From: Chitinophagales bacterium
Lineage (GTDB): Bacteria > Bacteroidota > Bacteroidia > Chitinophagales > BACL12
Length of the DNA stretch: 64,000 nucleotides
Assembly: GCA_019694895.1 (NCBI GenBank)
Contig: JAIBBA010000002.1
Location: 5,303-69,302, forward strand
Reading direction: 5' to 3'
Shown here: positions 26,082-35,518 of the stretch, piece by piece
Layout of the letters: each line of letters opens with the position of its first letter
How positions within the stretch are numbered: the first letter of the stretch is position 1
Notes under the pieces: generated by a model
Seen by the model: the letters and a program-made list of their open reading frames with translations, nothing else
What the model was told of the DNA's origin: nothing
Databases searched by the model: none
Made by a program: the position numbers and the translations under genes

Positions 26082-27110
26082 ATGAAAAGAATCCTCGCAA
26101 CCCTCCTCCTCGCCGGTTCCGTACTGGTTGCCTCAGCGCAGGATATCCATTTTTCGCAGTATTCTCAGTCACCTTTGACCTTGAACCCTGCGTTAACCGG
26201 ACTTACTCCCTGTACTTATAGAGGTGTGCTCAATTATCGTAACCAGTGGGCTTCTGCATTGGGACCTGCAAGTTATCAGACCTTTGCCGGATCTTTTGAT
26301 GCCGGTTTGTGGCGCGATAAGTTCGATGGAAATATTGTTGGTGTTGGTGCAATGATGTATAACGATGTGTCAGGTGATGGTTCATTAACTAACATGACCG
26401 TTATGGGTTCATTTGCCTATCATCAAATGATTGGAGATGAAAACAATTATCTGTCTATCGGTGCGCAACTTGGATTAGTGCAAAAACGTGTAGACTACTC
26501 AAAACTCATATTCGAATCGCAAATTGGAGTTAATGGTGTTGATCCGAATCTTCCAAGCGGCGAATATGGTGATGATAATTTCTCATATCTTGATGTAAAT
26601 GCGGGTATTAACTGGAGAGGTCGTTTTTCAGATAAATTCGCTGTTCAAATCGGAGGTGCCTATTTCCACTTAAGTGAACCTATTGAAACATTCTACAACT
26701 ACAATGTAAATAAGCTGAATGCGCATTACGTGGGATATGGATCTTTCAAAATCGGTATGGGAAAAAGTACAGTATTGATTCCTTCATTCCTTTATATGCA
26801 ACAGACTGAAGGGTCAAACGTTCAAATAAACTCAGGTGTTGATGTCGGCTTCCAACTCGAAAAAGGTGTTTCTATGGCTTATGCCGGATTGCACTATCGT
26901 TCAGTGGATAATATCGATGTTGCGGATGCGGCCATTATTAACCTCGGATTAGATTATAATAACATCAATTTCGGTTTAAGCTACGATGTTAATATTTCCG
27001 GATTAAATGCCGTTACCAATTATCGCGGTGGTATCGAGTTGTCGTTCGTGTATTGGGGTTGCCTCAGCGTAACACCAAAATCGAAACCTATCGATTGTCC
27101 ACGATTCTAA
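26082..27110 (+). CDS. PorP/SprF-family T9SS outer-membrane protein, 342 aa
   Basis: Signal peptide MKRILATLLLAGSVLVASAQ followed by the hallmark DIHFSQYSQSPLTLNPALTG. A beta-barrel-like strand pattern runs to the C-terminal CPRF. Confidence 0.88.
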   Translation: MKRILATLLLAGSVLVASAQDIHFSQYSQSPLTLNPALTGLTPCTYRGVLNYRNQWASALGPASYQTFAGSFDAGLWRDKFDGNIVGVGAMMYNDVSGDGSLTNMTVMGSFAYHQMIGDENNYLSIGAQLGLVQKRVDYSKLIFESQIGVNGVDPNLPSGEYGDDNFSYLDVNAGINWRGRFSDKFAVQIGGAYFHLSEPIETFYNYNVNKLNAHYVGYGSFKIGMGKSTVLIPSFLYMQQTEGSNVQINSGVDVGFQLEKGVSMAYAGLHYRSVDNIDVADAAIINLGLDYNNINFGLSYDVNISGLNAVTNYRGGIELSFVYWGCLSVTPKSKPIDCPRF

Positions 27111-27851
27111 TCAAACCATAAATACTACTTCATTTTCCGGTACACGAAATCTTTCGTGGTAAATGCCTTGTGTTGTACCGGGTCCGCAACTGATGATCAT
27201 ATTGAACTCAGTGCTTCTTGGCAGTTTAAGGTATTTGCGCAAGCGCTTTGAATCAAAACCTTCCATCGGACATGTGGCATATCCTTCTGCTAACATGCTA
27301 AGCATAAATGTTTGTGCAGCAAGTGCAGCTGATTTGTGACATACTACTCTTAAATCCTGCTTGCTTACCTGCCAAACTACCGGACGCCAAATGGAGGCAA
27401 TTGATACTATTAATTTGCGAACTGCACCCCATAAACCGAGCCAATCCTGGAAATAATACATCGGCATCAACCGCGAAAAGTACTTCAGCTTTCTTGCTGA
27501 ACGCTTATCCAACTCTTCGATTGGTTTATTACAATATCGTGCGTGATGAAATGCATAATTCGCTTGAGCACGCGCTCTGTATTTATTTTTCGGCACAGCA
27601 ATAATCAATAATTCTCGAGCAGTTTTTGCCGCATTCTGATTCATGCAAAATACTGCAATGTCTTTTATTTTTTGCGGATCGGTAACGCGATAAAATTCCC
27701 ACATCTGCATGTTGCTGCTATTAGGCGCAAGCATTGCTCTGCGTATACTTCGTGCAACCGCCTCACTATCAAAGTAAGCCTCGGCATCATAAATGCGCAT
27801 ACTGCGACGAGATTGCACTATATTATCAAAAACTGTTGCAGATGCATCCAT
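27111..27851 (-). CDS. Nitroreductase-family protein, 246 aa
   Basis: SRRSMRIYD N-terminal motif, APNSSNMQMWEF and a C-terminal GYATCPMEGFD. Confidence 0.85.
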   Translation of the reverse strand: MDASATVFDNIVQSRRSMRIYDAEAYFDSEAVARSIRRAMLAPNSSNMQMWEFYRVTDPQKIKDIAVFCMNQNAAKTARELLIIAVPKNKYRARAQANYAFHHARYCNKPIEELDKRSARKLKYFSRLMPMYYFQDWLGLWGAVRKLIVSIASIWRPVVWQVSKQDLRVVCHKSAALAAQTFMLSMLAEGYATCPMEGFDSKRLRKYLKLPRSTEFNMIISCGPGTTQGIYHERFRVPENEVVFMV

Positions 27852-27898
27852 TGTAATTCGTTAATTGTAGAAGAAAATTATTATTTAATGTCGAGATA

Positions 27899-29923
27899 TT
27901 ACTTAATGCTATAGCGCTTGAAATCTTTGGTCGGGGCATTAATGTATAAATGATTTCCATCGGAACTGAATTGAACATTGTGAATCCAGACATGCATGTC
28001 ATTAAAAGATAAAACAGATTCCCATGTTTCAGTGTCCCAGATTTTAATAGTGCCATCGCCACCACCTGAAGCGAGGCGCTTTCCATCAACCGAAAACGAA
28101 ACGTCGTAAACAATGCCTGTATGCGCGTTCAGCTGTTTCAAAAGTTTACCTGAATCGGCAGCTAAAATATATATCGTTCCATTGTCATCTGTGGCAATAA
28201 TATTTTGACCATTTGGTGAAAAAAGTACTTTTTGTAAATGATTTTTAGAAATCGTTGTGTTGAACACAAATTCTTTTGTTTCCATATTCCATACACCAAT
28301 TATTCCCAAGGATGAAACCCCTGCAATCATTTTTCCATTGTAGCTGAAACTTAGATCCATCACCTGTCCGGCGAAATGAATTTGCTGAAAAATGCCGCCG
28401 CTGACAGCATTCCAAATAGTGATATTACTATCGGCACTCGCTGCAGCTAATAAAGTTCCATCCGGATTATAATCAAGGTCGTAAACAGCTCCTTCTACGC
28501 CAAAATAATCATCATATCGTTTACCCGTTGCTGTTTCCCAGGCGCGAACATGTCCTTCGTTGTCGCATGCTGCAATTAAATGATTGTCGTGATCTATTGT
28601 GATATCATTCATTATTTCCGGCAGCGATGGGAATTGCTTTTCTATATAACCTGTTGCATTATTCCATTGCGTAATGAGTCCGAATTCTCCCTGTGTAAAT
28701 AAATATTTACTGTCGGCAGAAACTTCAAAGGCATAGGTCAATCCGCTGAAACCCATTGGGTTAATATAAGTGCCTGCTTTCGCAAGATCCCAAAACCTTA
28801 ATGTGCCATCGGCAGACAGTGAAACCAATACATCACCGTTTTGTGTAGTGAGCAGTTTTTTTACTTCGCCGATATGGCCAAATAATTCTTGCTTGATAGT
28901 GGCGCTTTCTGTACTCCACAACGCAATACTACCATCCGAAGCACCGGTTACCATGCCGAATCCATTTGGTGTGTAACCTACCGTGGTAATATTTTGTTGA
29001 GCACTATATAATTTTTGCTGTGTTGTTCGGGTGAACATATTCCAAACTTGCGCAAATCCGTTTCCATTAGCCGCCATTAAAAAGGAGCCATCTTCACTAA
29101 AGGTGATATCTTTAATTTGTTGAATGGAATTATTATCATCGAAAATGTAATTCTGCACAACAGTAAAACTATCAGTGCGAATTACACTGATTACGCCGTT
29201 TTCTTCTCCATAAGCAAGCATTGAGCCATCATTGCTAAATGCAGACGCAAGAGGTTTTTCTTTTCTTTCGCCACTTTTCCAGATATCACTTCCGGTTTGT
29301 GCCTGTAACACTATGGTGTTACCTGTATAGCCATATCCATTGAATAGGGTAGTGCTGACACAAATCAATTTACCATCCCGACTAACAGATAATTTATTTA
29401 TTCCTGCCGGAATTGATTTTTCCCAGACCTTCGACTTGTCTGTTATTTTTGTTGCTATCACCTTTGCATCCTGGCCGGAGGAATAAATTATTTGCGATGA
29501 AGGATCAAAAGCTATGCTATATACCTTGCCTTGATGTGTAGCAATTGTAGATGTTTCAGATTTACTAAGGACATCATATATATGAATATTATGATCAGCT
29601 CCGGCGATAGCAATAGACTTGCCATCGGGTGAAATTGCCATATCATTAGCAATGTAGCCAAGTTCAATTTTTCCTATACTCTGGTCGAGCGTGTAGTAAA
29701 GATAATTCCATTCCCAGGCTCTATATTTTTCAGGCGCTGCATTCAACCAATTTCGCGCTTCAGTAAACTGATGTAATTGCATATTCGCTTGTGCAGCGGC
29801 AATATTGGAACGATATAATTCGAATGAACTATTAACCTGTGCATGTGTATGATTCTGAAAAAGTATCAGAAGCAAAATGCAGTAAATAGGAGCAATTGCA
29901 TGAATTGAAATTCGCCTCATCAT
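27899..29923 (-). CDS. Exported WD40-repeat protein (about two beta-propellers), 674 aa
   Basis: Signal peptide MMRRISIHAIAPIYCILLLILFQNHTHAQ. Many WD repeats (HQGKVYSIAFDPSSQIIYSSGQDAKV; HIGEVKKLLTTQNGDVLVSLSADGTLRFWD; AHTGIVYDVSFSVDGKRLASGGGDGTIKIWD). Confidence 0.88.
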   Translation of the reverse strand: MMRRISIHAIAPIYCILLLILFQNHTHAQVNSSFELYRSNIAAAQANMQLHQFTEARNWLNAAPEKYRAWEWNYLYYTLDQSIGKIELGYIANDMAISPDGKSIAIAGADHNIHIYDVLSKSETSTIATHQGKVYSIAFDPSSQIIYSSGQDAKVIATKITDKSKVWEKSIPAGINKLSVSRDGKLICVSTTLFNGYGYTGNTIVLQAQTGSDIWKSGERKEKPLASAFSNDGSMLAYGEENGVISVIRTDSFTVVQNYIFDDNNSIQQIKDITFSEDGSFLMAANGNGFAQVWNMFTRTTQQKLYSAQQNITTVGYTPNGFGMVTGASDGSIALWSTESATIKQELFGHIGEVKKLLTTQNGDVLVSLSADGTLRFWDLAKAGTYINPMGFSGLTYAFEVSADSKYLFTQGEFGLITQWNNATGYIEKQFPSLPEIMNDITIDHDNHLIAACDNEGHVRAWETATGKRYDDYFGVEGAVYDLDYNPDGTLLAAASADSNITIWNAVSGGIFQQIHFAGQVMDLSFSYNGKMIAGVSSLGIIGVWNMETKEFVFNTTISKNHLQKVLFSPNGQNIIATDDNGTIYILAADSGKLLKQLNAHTGIVYDVSFSVDGKRLASGGGDGTIKIWDTETWESVLSFNDMHVWIHNVQFSSDGNHLYINAPTKDFKRYSIK

Positions 29924-29971
29924 AATGATCCTGCAAATTTAATGCAAGGAATTAAGGACATCTATTGAAAT

Positions 29972-32440
29972 TTAGCGCAGTAAGGTCACAGTGCCGCGCA
30001 GCACAAAGACTTCACCGGGTTGATTGGCTTTTTCGTAACTCACCATCCACACATACATGCCAATTTCCTGAGGTTTGCCGTCGTAATTTCCATCCCAGCC
30101 ACGGGTAACATCGCTGGTAGCAAATACCTGCTGACCCCAGCGATTGTAGATTTCGAAAGAGAAAATCGGATAAAAAATGGGATTCAGGATGTTAAATTCG
30201 TCGTTTAGTCCATCGTCATTAGGAGTAAACGCATTGGGTATGATCAGTTCACTTTCTTCCATGATTACGACTATGCTATCCGGGGCTGAAACACAGCCAT
30301 GTTCTTCGCCGGTTACATAAAAAGTATTTGACTCCCCAACACTGTAAGCAAGTGTGGTGGCACAGTTTAAACAATTAACAGCATCGGCCGGTGTCCAGGT
30401 ATAAGTGACGTCATCACCTGTAATAGTTTCAACCTGAAGAAGAGCAAGTGCGCCATCATTTACAAAAACGGTATCAGGAAATGCATTTATCACAGGCGCC
30501 TCATAAACAAATGCCTCAATCGGTTCCGAGGTACCCATACATCCATTTCCATCGGTTACTGTAACAAAATACATGCCGGTTGAATCAACAGTGAGCGTAT
30601 TCGTACCTGTTGCTAATACACTGTCATTTGCATCTGTCCATACATAACTGTCATATCCTCCGGGTGCTGTCATTGTTGTGAGGTAGCAACCTTCAAATGG
30701 TCCAACTTCAATAATTGGAGCGGGATTTACGGTTACTGTTTGCGAAACGGTATCGGTCATATCGCATGCATCATGGATCACTGATGTGTAAGTGGTGGTT
30801 GTAGTTGGCGCTACCCAATGTATTGGTTCTACAACACCTCCCGGCAACCATTCGTAGGTATATGGTGGAACGCCCCAGACGCCGGATGCAAATAAATCTA
30901 TAGAATCGCCTTCGCAAATCACAAAATCGGGAACTGTAGATGACTGAATAGGATTTTCTTCCACTGTTTTTCCTTCAATGGTAATCACCCAGCTTCCGGT
31001 AGGCATGAAGTGACATAAAATACTGCACGGTGGTTGTGTACATGAACAGTGATAAGTACGCATCTCGAATGTGAAATTATAATCGGCACATTGCGGTGGA
31101 ATACAGGCTATAGTATTAAACATGGGCAGATCAATTCCATAACAAGTTCCGGCACTATCGCCCACCGGCGGAAGACAAGTCCAGAATGAGGCTGGTCCCG
31201 GTGAGTCATCACATATTCCTAAAATGCGAAAAGCAGCTTCACTCATTAAACAGTCGGTGACGAAAAAACATCCGAAGTTTTGTGAGTAATAAGTGCCATC
31301 AAAATATGCTGCAGTCAATGTAGTTTTTCCGGGAACAGTAATGTCCAGTGAATAGCTGCAATAGTCAGCTTCATTCCAGCAAAGTGCATCATATTCAAAG
31401 CCAATATCACCGGCGGTATAAGTAGCCTCGCCAATTAATGTTGGATCAATAACAACCGGGTATTTTCGTTCTGAATTTATTAGCCATTTTACATTAACGC
31501 GCATACGTAAAATATATCCGCCATCCTCCGGAATTAATTGGTATGCTATAGCATCAACCTGATCTTGCTTATGATATTTACTTTTGTTTTGATCGAGTAT
31601 TACAGGACGTTCGATGCGCAGCAAATTCAATCCGAAAGGATTTTTCACAACAACATTTCCTTTCCAGTCGCCATTGGATAAAAAATATCCGTCACCATCT
31701 TCGTAAACGAATTGATACCCCGGGGGAAGTGCAATATGGTCGTCAATAACCAGCCACTCAGCATCCGGGTCGACGACCTCTTTTGATTTGATGATGAAAT
31801 TTGTTTTTATTCCGGCCTTTCTGAAAGCGATCTCACCATCAACCCCGGAGAATATATCAGTGATCCATGTGCCATCGCGCCCTACCGTGTAATTACTTGT
31901 ATTGTAACGTTGCTTTGCAGTAGTTGTATTTCCTTTTTCAAAATACATTTCCATATCATGATTCATACGAAAATCAAGATCTCGAATATGTATAGAGGTG
32001 AAATTGTTGATGAAATCAATTGAAGTAGGAGTTGGTTGTGAGGCAGCAGCAAATACGCCTTCGTTAATTGTAGGTAGCAATAAATAATCTATAGCACGCA
32101 AATATCCCTGAGCATCGGTGTAATTAATTGCGCCGTATGCCTGTTGTTTAAAAAATGATTGTCCGTTGGTGCCTTCCTTTATATAATACCGTGAATCCAG
32201 TGTGCGCTTTTGTACAAGCTCTATGGCTCCCTTTGGTGCATTAACAGGTGGTATGCCAAAGTCGGGATGCGATTGAAATGCTTCGGGCGTGTTGTTAATC
32301 AGCTCCTGCGTAATATGTTTTGACGGAATTTTTGTTTTGCCATTCGTGATCGACACATAGTCATTCTGCTTAGGCTGCATTTGCTGAGCATACAGCATTA
32401 CGCCCTGACAAAAGAGGAGTAATAGAATGACTTTTTTCAT
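29972..32440 (-). CDS. Large T9SS cargo with a type-B (gliding-motility C-terminal) sorting domain, 822 aa
   Basis: Signal peptide, a Cys-rich module, Ig-like repeats, and the C-terminus IIPNAFTPNDDGLNDEFNI...YNRWGQQVF...GWDGNYDGKPQEIGMYVW...GTVTLLR. Confidence 0.9.
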   Translation of the reverse strand: MKKVILLLLFCQGVMLYAQQMQPKQNDYVSITNGKTKIPSKHITQELINNTPEAFQSHPDFGIPPVNAPKGAIELVQKRTLDSRYYIKEGTNGQSFFKQQAYGAINYTDAQGYLRAIDYLLLPTINEGVFAAASQPTPTSIDFINNFTSIHIRDLDFRMNHDMEMYFEKGNTTTAKQRYNTSNYTVGRDGTWITDIFSGVDGEIAFRKAGIKTNFIIKSKEVVDPDAEWLVIDDHIALPPGYQFVYEDGDGYFLSNGDWKGNVVVKNPFGLNLLRIERPVILDQNKSKYHKQDQVDAIAYQLIPEDGGYILRMRVNVKWLINSERKYPVVIDPTLIGEATYTAGDIGFEYDALCWNEADYCSYSLDITVPGKTTLTAAYFDGTYYSQNFGCFFVTDCLMSEAAFRILGICDDSPGPASFWTCLPPVGDSAGTCYGIDLPMFNTIACIPPQCADYNFTFEMRTYHCSCTQPPCSILCHFMPTGSWVITIEGKTVEENPIQSSTVPDFVICEGDSIDLFASGVWGVPPYTYEWLPGGVVEPIHWVAPTTTTTYTSVIHDACDMTDTVSQTVTVNPAPIIEVGPFEGCYLTTMTAPGGYDSYVWTDANDSVLATGTNTLTVDSTGMYFVTVTDGNGCMGTSEPIEAFVYEAPVINAFPDTVFVNDGALALLQVETITGDDVTYTWTPADAVNCLNCATTLAYSVGESNTFYVTGEEHGCVSAPDSIVVIMEESELIIPNAFTPNDDGLNDEFNILNPIFYPIFSFEIYNRWGQQVFATSDVTRGWDGNYDGKPQEIGMYVWMVSYEKANQPGEVFVLRGTVTLLR

Positions 32441-32470
32441 ACCTGTATCAAACTACACTGCAAGGCAATA

Positions 32471-35392
32471 TCAACGCACTAACGTGACATTCCCCTGCAA
32501 TGTGATCGTATTTCCATTGCCGCCGGTAGCGCTTACCACATAAACATAAGTGCCCATTTCCTGATCCTGACCATTTGCTTTACCATCCCATCCCAATGAA
32601 CCACTGTTGAGCACGCCAAGATCATTTGTTGTATATACTAATTCACCCCAGCGATTATAAATATGTATATTGATATCAATAACTGCTGCGCCGTAGATTG
32701 TCAGAAAATCATTCACACCATCACCATTTGGCGAGAAGGCATTCGGAATATTTACAATAGGGGCACAATTATCAATCACTTCACTTACATCAATTGATTT
32801 TGTAATGTCACATGCAAGATCAGGTGCATTGATTGTTACAATATAAGTTCCTGCGGCATTAACCTCTATTGTTTTTGTGGTTTCGCCTGTATTCCACAAA
32901 TAAGTAGCACCTTCATGACCGGCATCAATGATCACCGAACCACCAATACAATATGATGCAGTATCTGATTCTGTTGATGGATATTCTACAAAAACGGTTA
33001 CGGTATCATAACTATTACAACCTTCTTCATCTTCGGCAGTGACCACGTAAGTACTTGTGGAATCTGGTGTTACAGTGATAATAAAATCATCACCGATTAC
33101 TTCACCGGTTTCTGCATCAGACCATTCGTAATACGGCACGCCAACCGTGAGCACACTAAAGGTGGCACTGCTTCCTTCACAAATAGTTTTGTCTTCCGAT
33201 TGCTCTACAGGAACAGTTTCAATTACATTAATATTTTTTGTTCCATTGCCACTGCCACATTCGTTCAGTGCAAAAATGCTTAATGTATACGTACCCGCTT
33301 CATCCCAAATAATTCCAACTACGTTGTTCGAAGTATCAACTATTGTTCCTCCGGTTAATGACCAGTCGTAATATGTTGTCAGGAAATACGGAACGGAATA
33401 CCAGGTTGTATCACCGGTACACGCTTTCGGAGGACCTGAAATGGTAACTATTGGGGCATCTATAATATGGAAAGTAACGTATTCACTCCATGGTCCCGGA
33501 CAGTTGTAATTTATTTCGCGAACACGAAGCGTAACATCACCTGTTGCACCTGTGAAGTCAATAAATATTGGGTTGAAAGGCCAGATAAATGGTGTTCCTG
33601 CTCCGAACTGAAATTGATAATCGGAGTTCATATTATAGGGAACGATCGTTGCATTGCCAACAGCGCCTTCACACAATAAGGTATCGGAAGGAATTAAAAC
33701 CGGAGCATTATCTGCAGGTGCACCAATTGTTAAATGAACCAGTGTGCCTAATGTATTTTCCTGCGGTGTTCCACAGTTTGCAATTACACGCATATACCAC
33801 ATACCGGCGTCGAGCCCCATCGCTACGAGATCAAAATATCCCGGTATTTCCAAATCAATTGTTCCCGATTCTGTATCAATGGTAAATCCTAATCCACACA
33901 AATTAGCCTGAGTGAAAAACATGGAATTTAATACTTCCACGCAGAAGGTATTTGTATCGCAATACGTTTCTATATCATCAAACACATTGACATCATAGGT
34001 TATAGTTATAGTAACTCCGGAATCTTCTGTGATACATGCGTAAACATCTTCAATATCATTTGTTTCGATATCACACTCCTGAATACAGACCGTTCCGTAT
34101 GCCGACCCTATGGATGCTGGTGTACTCGAGACGACACGGATGTAATAGTTACATCCAGGCGGCACCATTGGTACGATACCTGACACAGATCCCGGTGGTG
34201 AGCCGAGGGCAGGGTCATACGTTGCGTTGCTTGCAAAGGTGCCTATCACAGAATAAGTATCGAAGCTGCCGGTTGAATCACTCAACTGCGCAGTATAAAC
34301 ATTCCCCGGGAAGTATACTCCCGTTGAGAAAAATGGCACATCGATCACACTGTTGACACACACCGCATTCGAGTCGTATGTGACGACAGGTTGTAAGGTG
34401 GTGATTATATTCGGACAACTTTGAATCGTGAAACATTCACTCGCCTCACCTGTAATTTCCGGTAAGGGCGACGTTCGGCTGAGCCTTACCTTATAGCAGG
34501 ATCCATCGGGAACACCTCCGGGAATCACGGCTGCAATGGCACCAATCGTGTCTTCAGCAAAAATGGTAAATACGCCCAAACTTGTTGGCGCAGCAAAAAT
34601 CCCGGCTGCATTTGACAGTTCTATCTCATAAATACCATCGCATAATGGGTCAGTCAGCGACCAACCAATAATGAGTGTGCTCAACTTACATACCGGATCA
34701 GGTGAAATAAAGTCGATATTGATATCTACTGGATGTATAGCCTCATCATAAGTACCTACTGCAATGATATCATCTACGGCAAATGACATCGTGCTTGGAC
34801 CACCGCCATTGTCGTTTACCCATCTGAATGCAAACCGGAGATTGGCAACTTCCTCAAATGCAGGATCGGTTATAACTTCATATTTCCAGAGGGTTTGACC
34901 ACTGTATAACGCCATCCCCACCGGAGTCCAAGGGCCGCCATCAGCACTATAATACACCTGACCATAGTCGCCGGCACCACCCTCGCATAGCCAGAAAAAA
35001 GTGAATTCGATATCGATGAGACCCAGTGTACAAAAGCCTCCTGACATTTCAGCAAAGTTGTCAGAGGTACTGGTTGGGTCATAACTGGCACAGGTAATTG
35101 CCGGAGCACCCTCCTCATCATAAATGTGCAAATAGGTACTTGTAGGTGCGCCACCTATGGTTCCTGATTCTGTAAGGTCTTGAGTGGTAGTGTTCGGATA
35201 CCCAAATCCACCGGTGTAACTGTTGTTAATGACCCATTTATTGGTTCCAACAGCCGCGCCACCTGGTCCCGGTGTGTTTAAAATAAAGGAACCGGTAGGA
35301 ACGTTAAAGTCTTCAGTAAATAGCTGAAAGGTCTGTCCCGCAAGGGTTGCAGACATGATAAGCCCTACTATGAGTGTGTATAATTTGGTCAT
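32471..35392 (-). CDS. Large T9SS cargo with a type-B sorting domain, 973 aa
   Basis: Signal peptide, an N-terminal jelly-roll-like region, multiple Ig-like repeats, and the C-terminus IPNAFSPNGDGVNDFLTI...YNRWGELVY...GWDGKANGQDQEMGTYVYVV...GNVTLVR. Confidence 0.9.
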   Translation of the reverse strand: MTKLYTLIVGLIMSATLAGQTFQLFTEDFNVPTGSFILNTPGPGGAAVGTNKWVINNSYTGGFGYPNTTTQDLTESGTIGGAPTSTYLHIYDEEGAPAITCASYDPTSTSDNFAEMSGGFCTLGLIDIEFTFFWLCEGGAGDYGQVYYSADGGPWTPVGMALYSGQTLWKYEVITDPAFEEVANLRFAFRWVNDNGGGPSTMSFAVDDIIAVGTYDEAIHPVDINIDFISPDPVCKLSTLIIGWSLTDPLCDGIYEIELSNAAGIFAAPTSLGVFTIFAEDTIGAIAAVIPGGVPDGSCYKVRLSRTSPLPEITGEASECFTIQSCPNIITTLQPVVTYDSNAVCVNSVIDVPFFSTGVYFPGNVYTAQLSDSTGSFDTYSVIGTFASNATYDPALGSPPGSVSGIVPMVPPGCNYYIRVVSSTPASIGSAYGTVCIQECDIETNDIEDVYACITEDSGVTITITYDVNVFDDIETYCDTNTFCVEVLNSMFFTQANLCGLGFTIDTESGTIDLEIPGYFDLVAMGLDAGMWYMRVIANCGTPQENTLGTLVHLTIGAPADNAPVLIPSDTLLCEGAVGNATIVPYNMNSDYQFQFGAGTPFIWPFNPIFIDFTGATGDVTLRVREINYNCPGPWSEYVTFHIIDAPIVTISGPPKACTGDTTWYSVPYFLTTYYDWSLTGGTIVDTSNNVVGIIWDEAGTYTLSIFALNECGSGNGTKNINVIETVPVEQSEDKTICEGSSATFSVLTVGVPYYEWSDAETGEVIGDDFIITVTPDSTSTYVVTAEDEEGCNSYDTVTVFVEYPSTESDTASYCIGGSVIIDAGHEGATYLWNTGETTKTIEVNAAGTYIVTINAPDLACDITKSIDVSEVIDNCAPIVNIPNAFSPNGDGVNDFLTIYGAAVIDINIHIYNRWGELVYTTNDLGVLNSGSLGWDGKANGQDQEMGTYVYVVSATGGNGNTITLQGNVTLVR

Positions 35393-35518
35393 AGGCGAAA
35401 TCGAGGACTACTAAGATAAACCTTATTATAGAAAAACCCAATTGAACCGCACGGTATCATTGAGATCGTGTAATTATTTGAGACTCAATCACTCTTTCAA
35501 ACACCTTATCTTCGCCCT

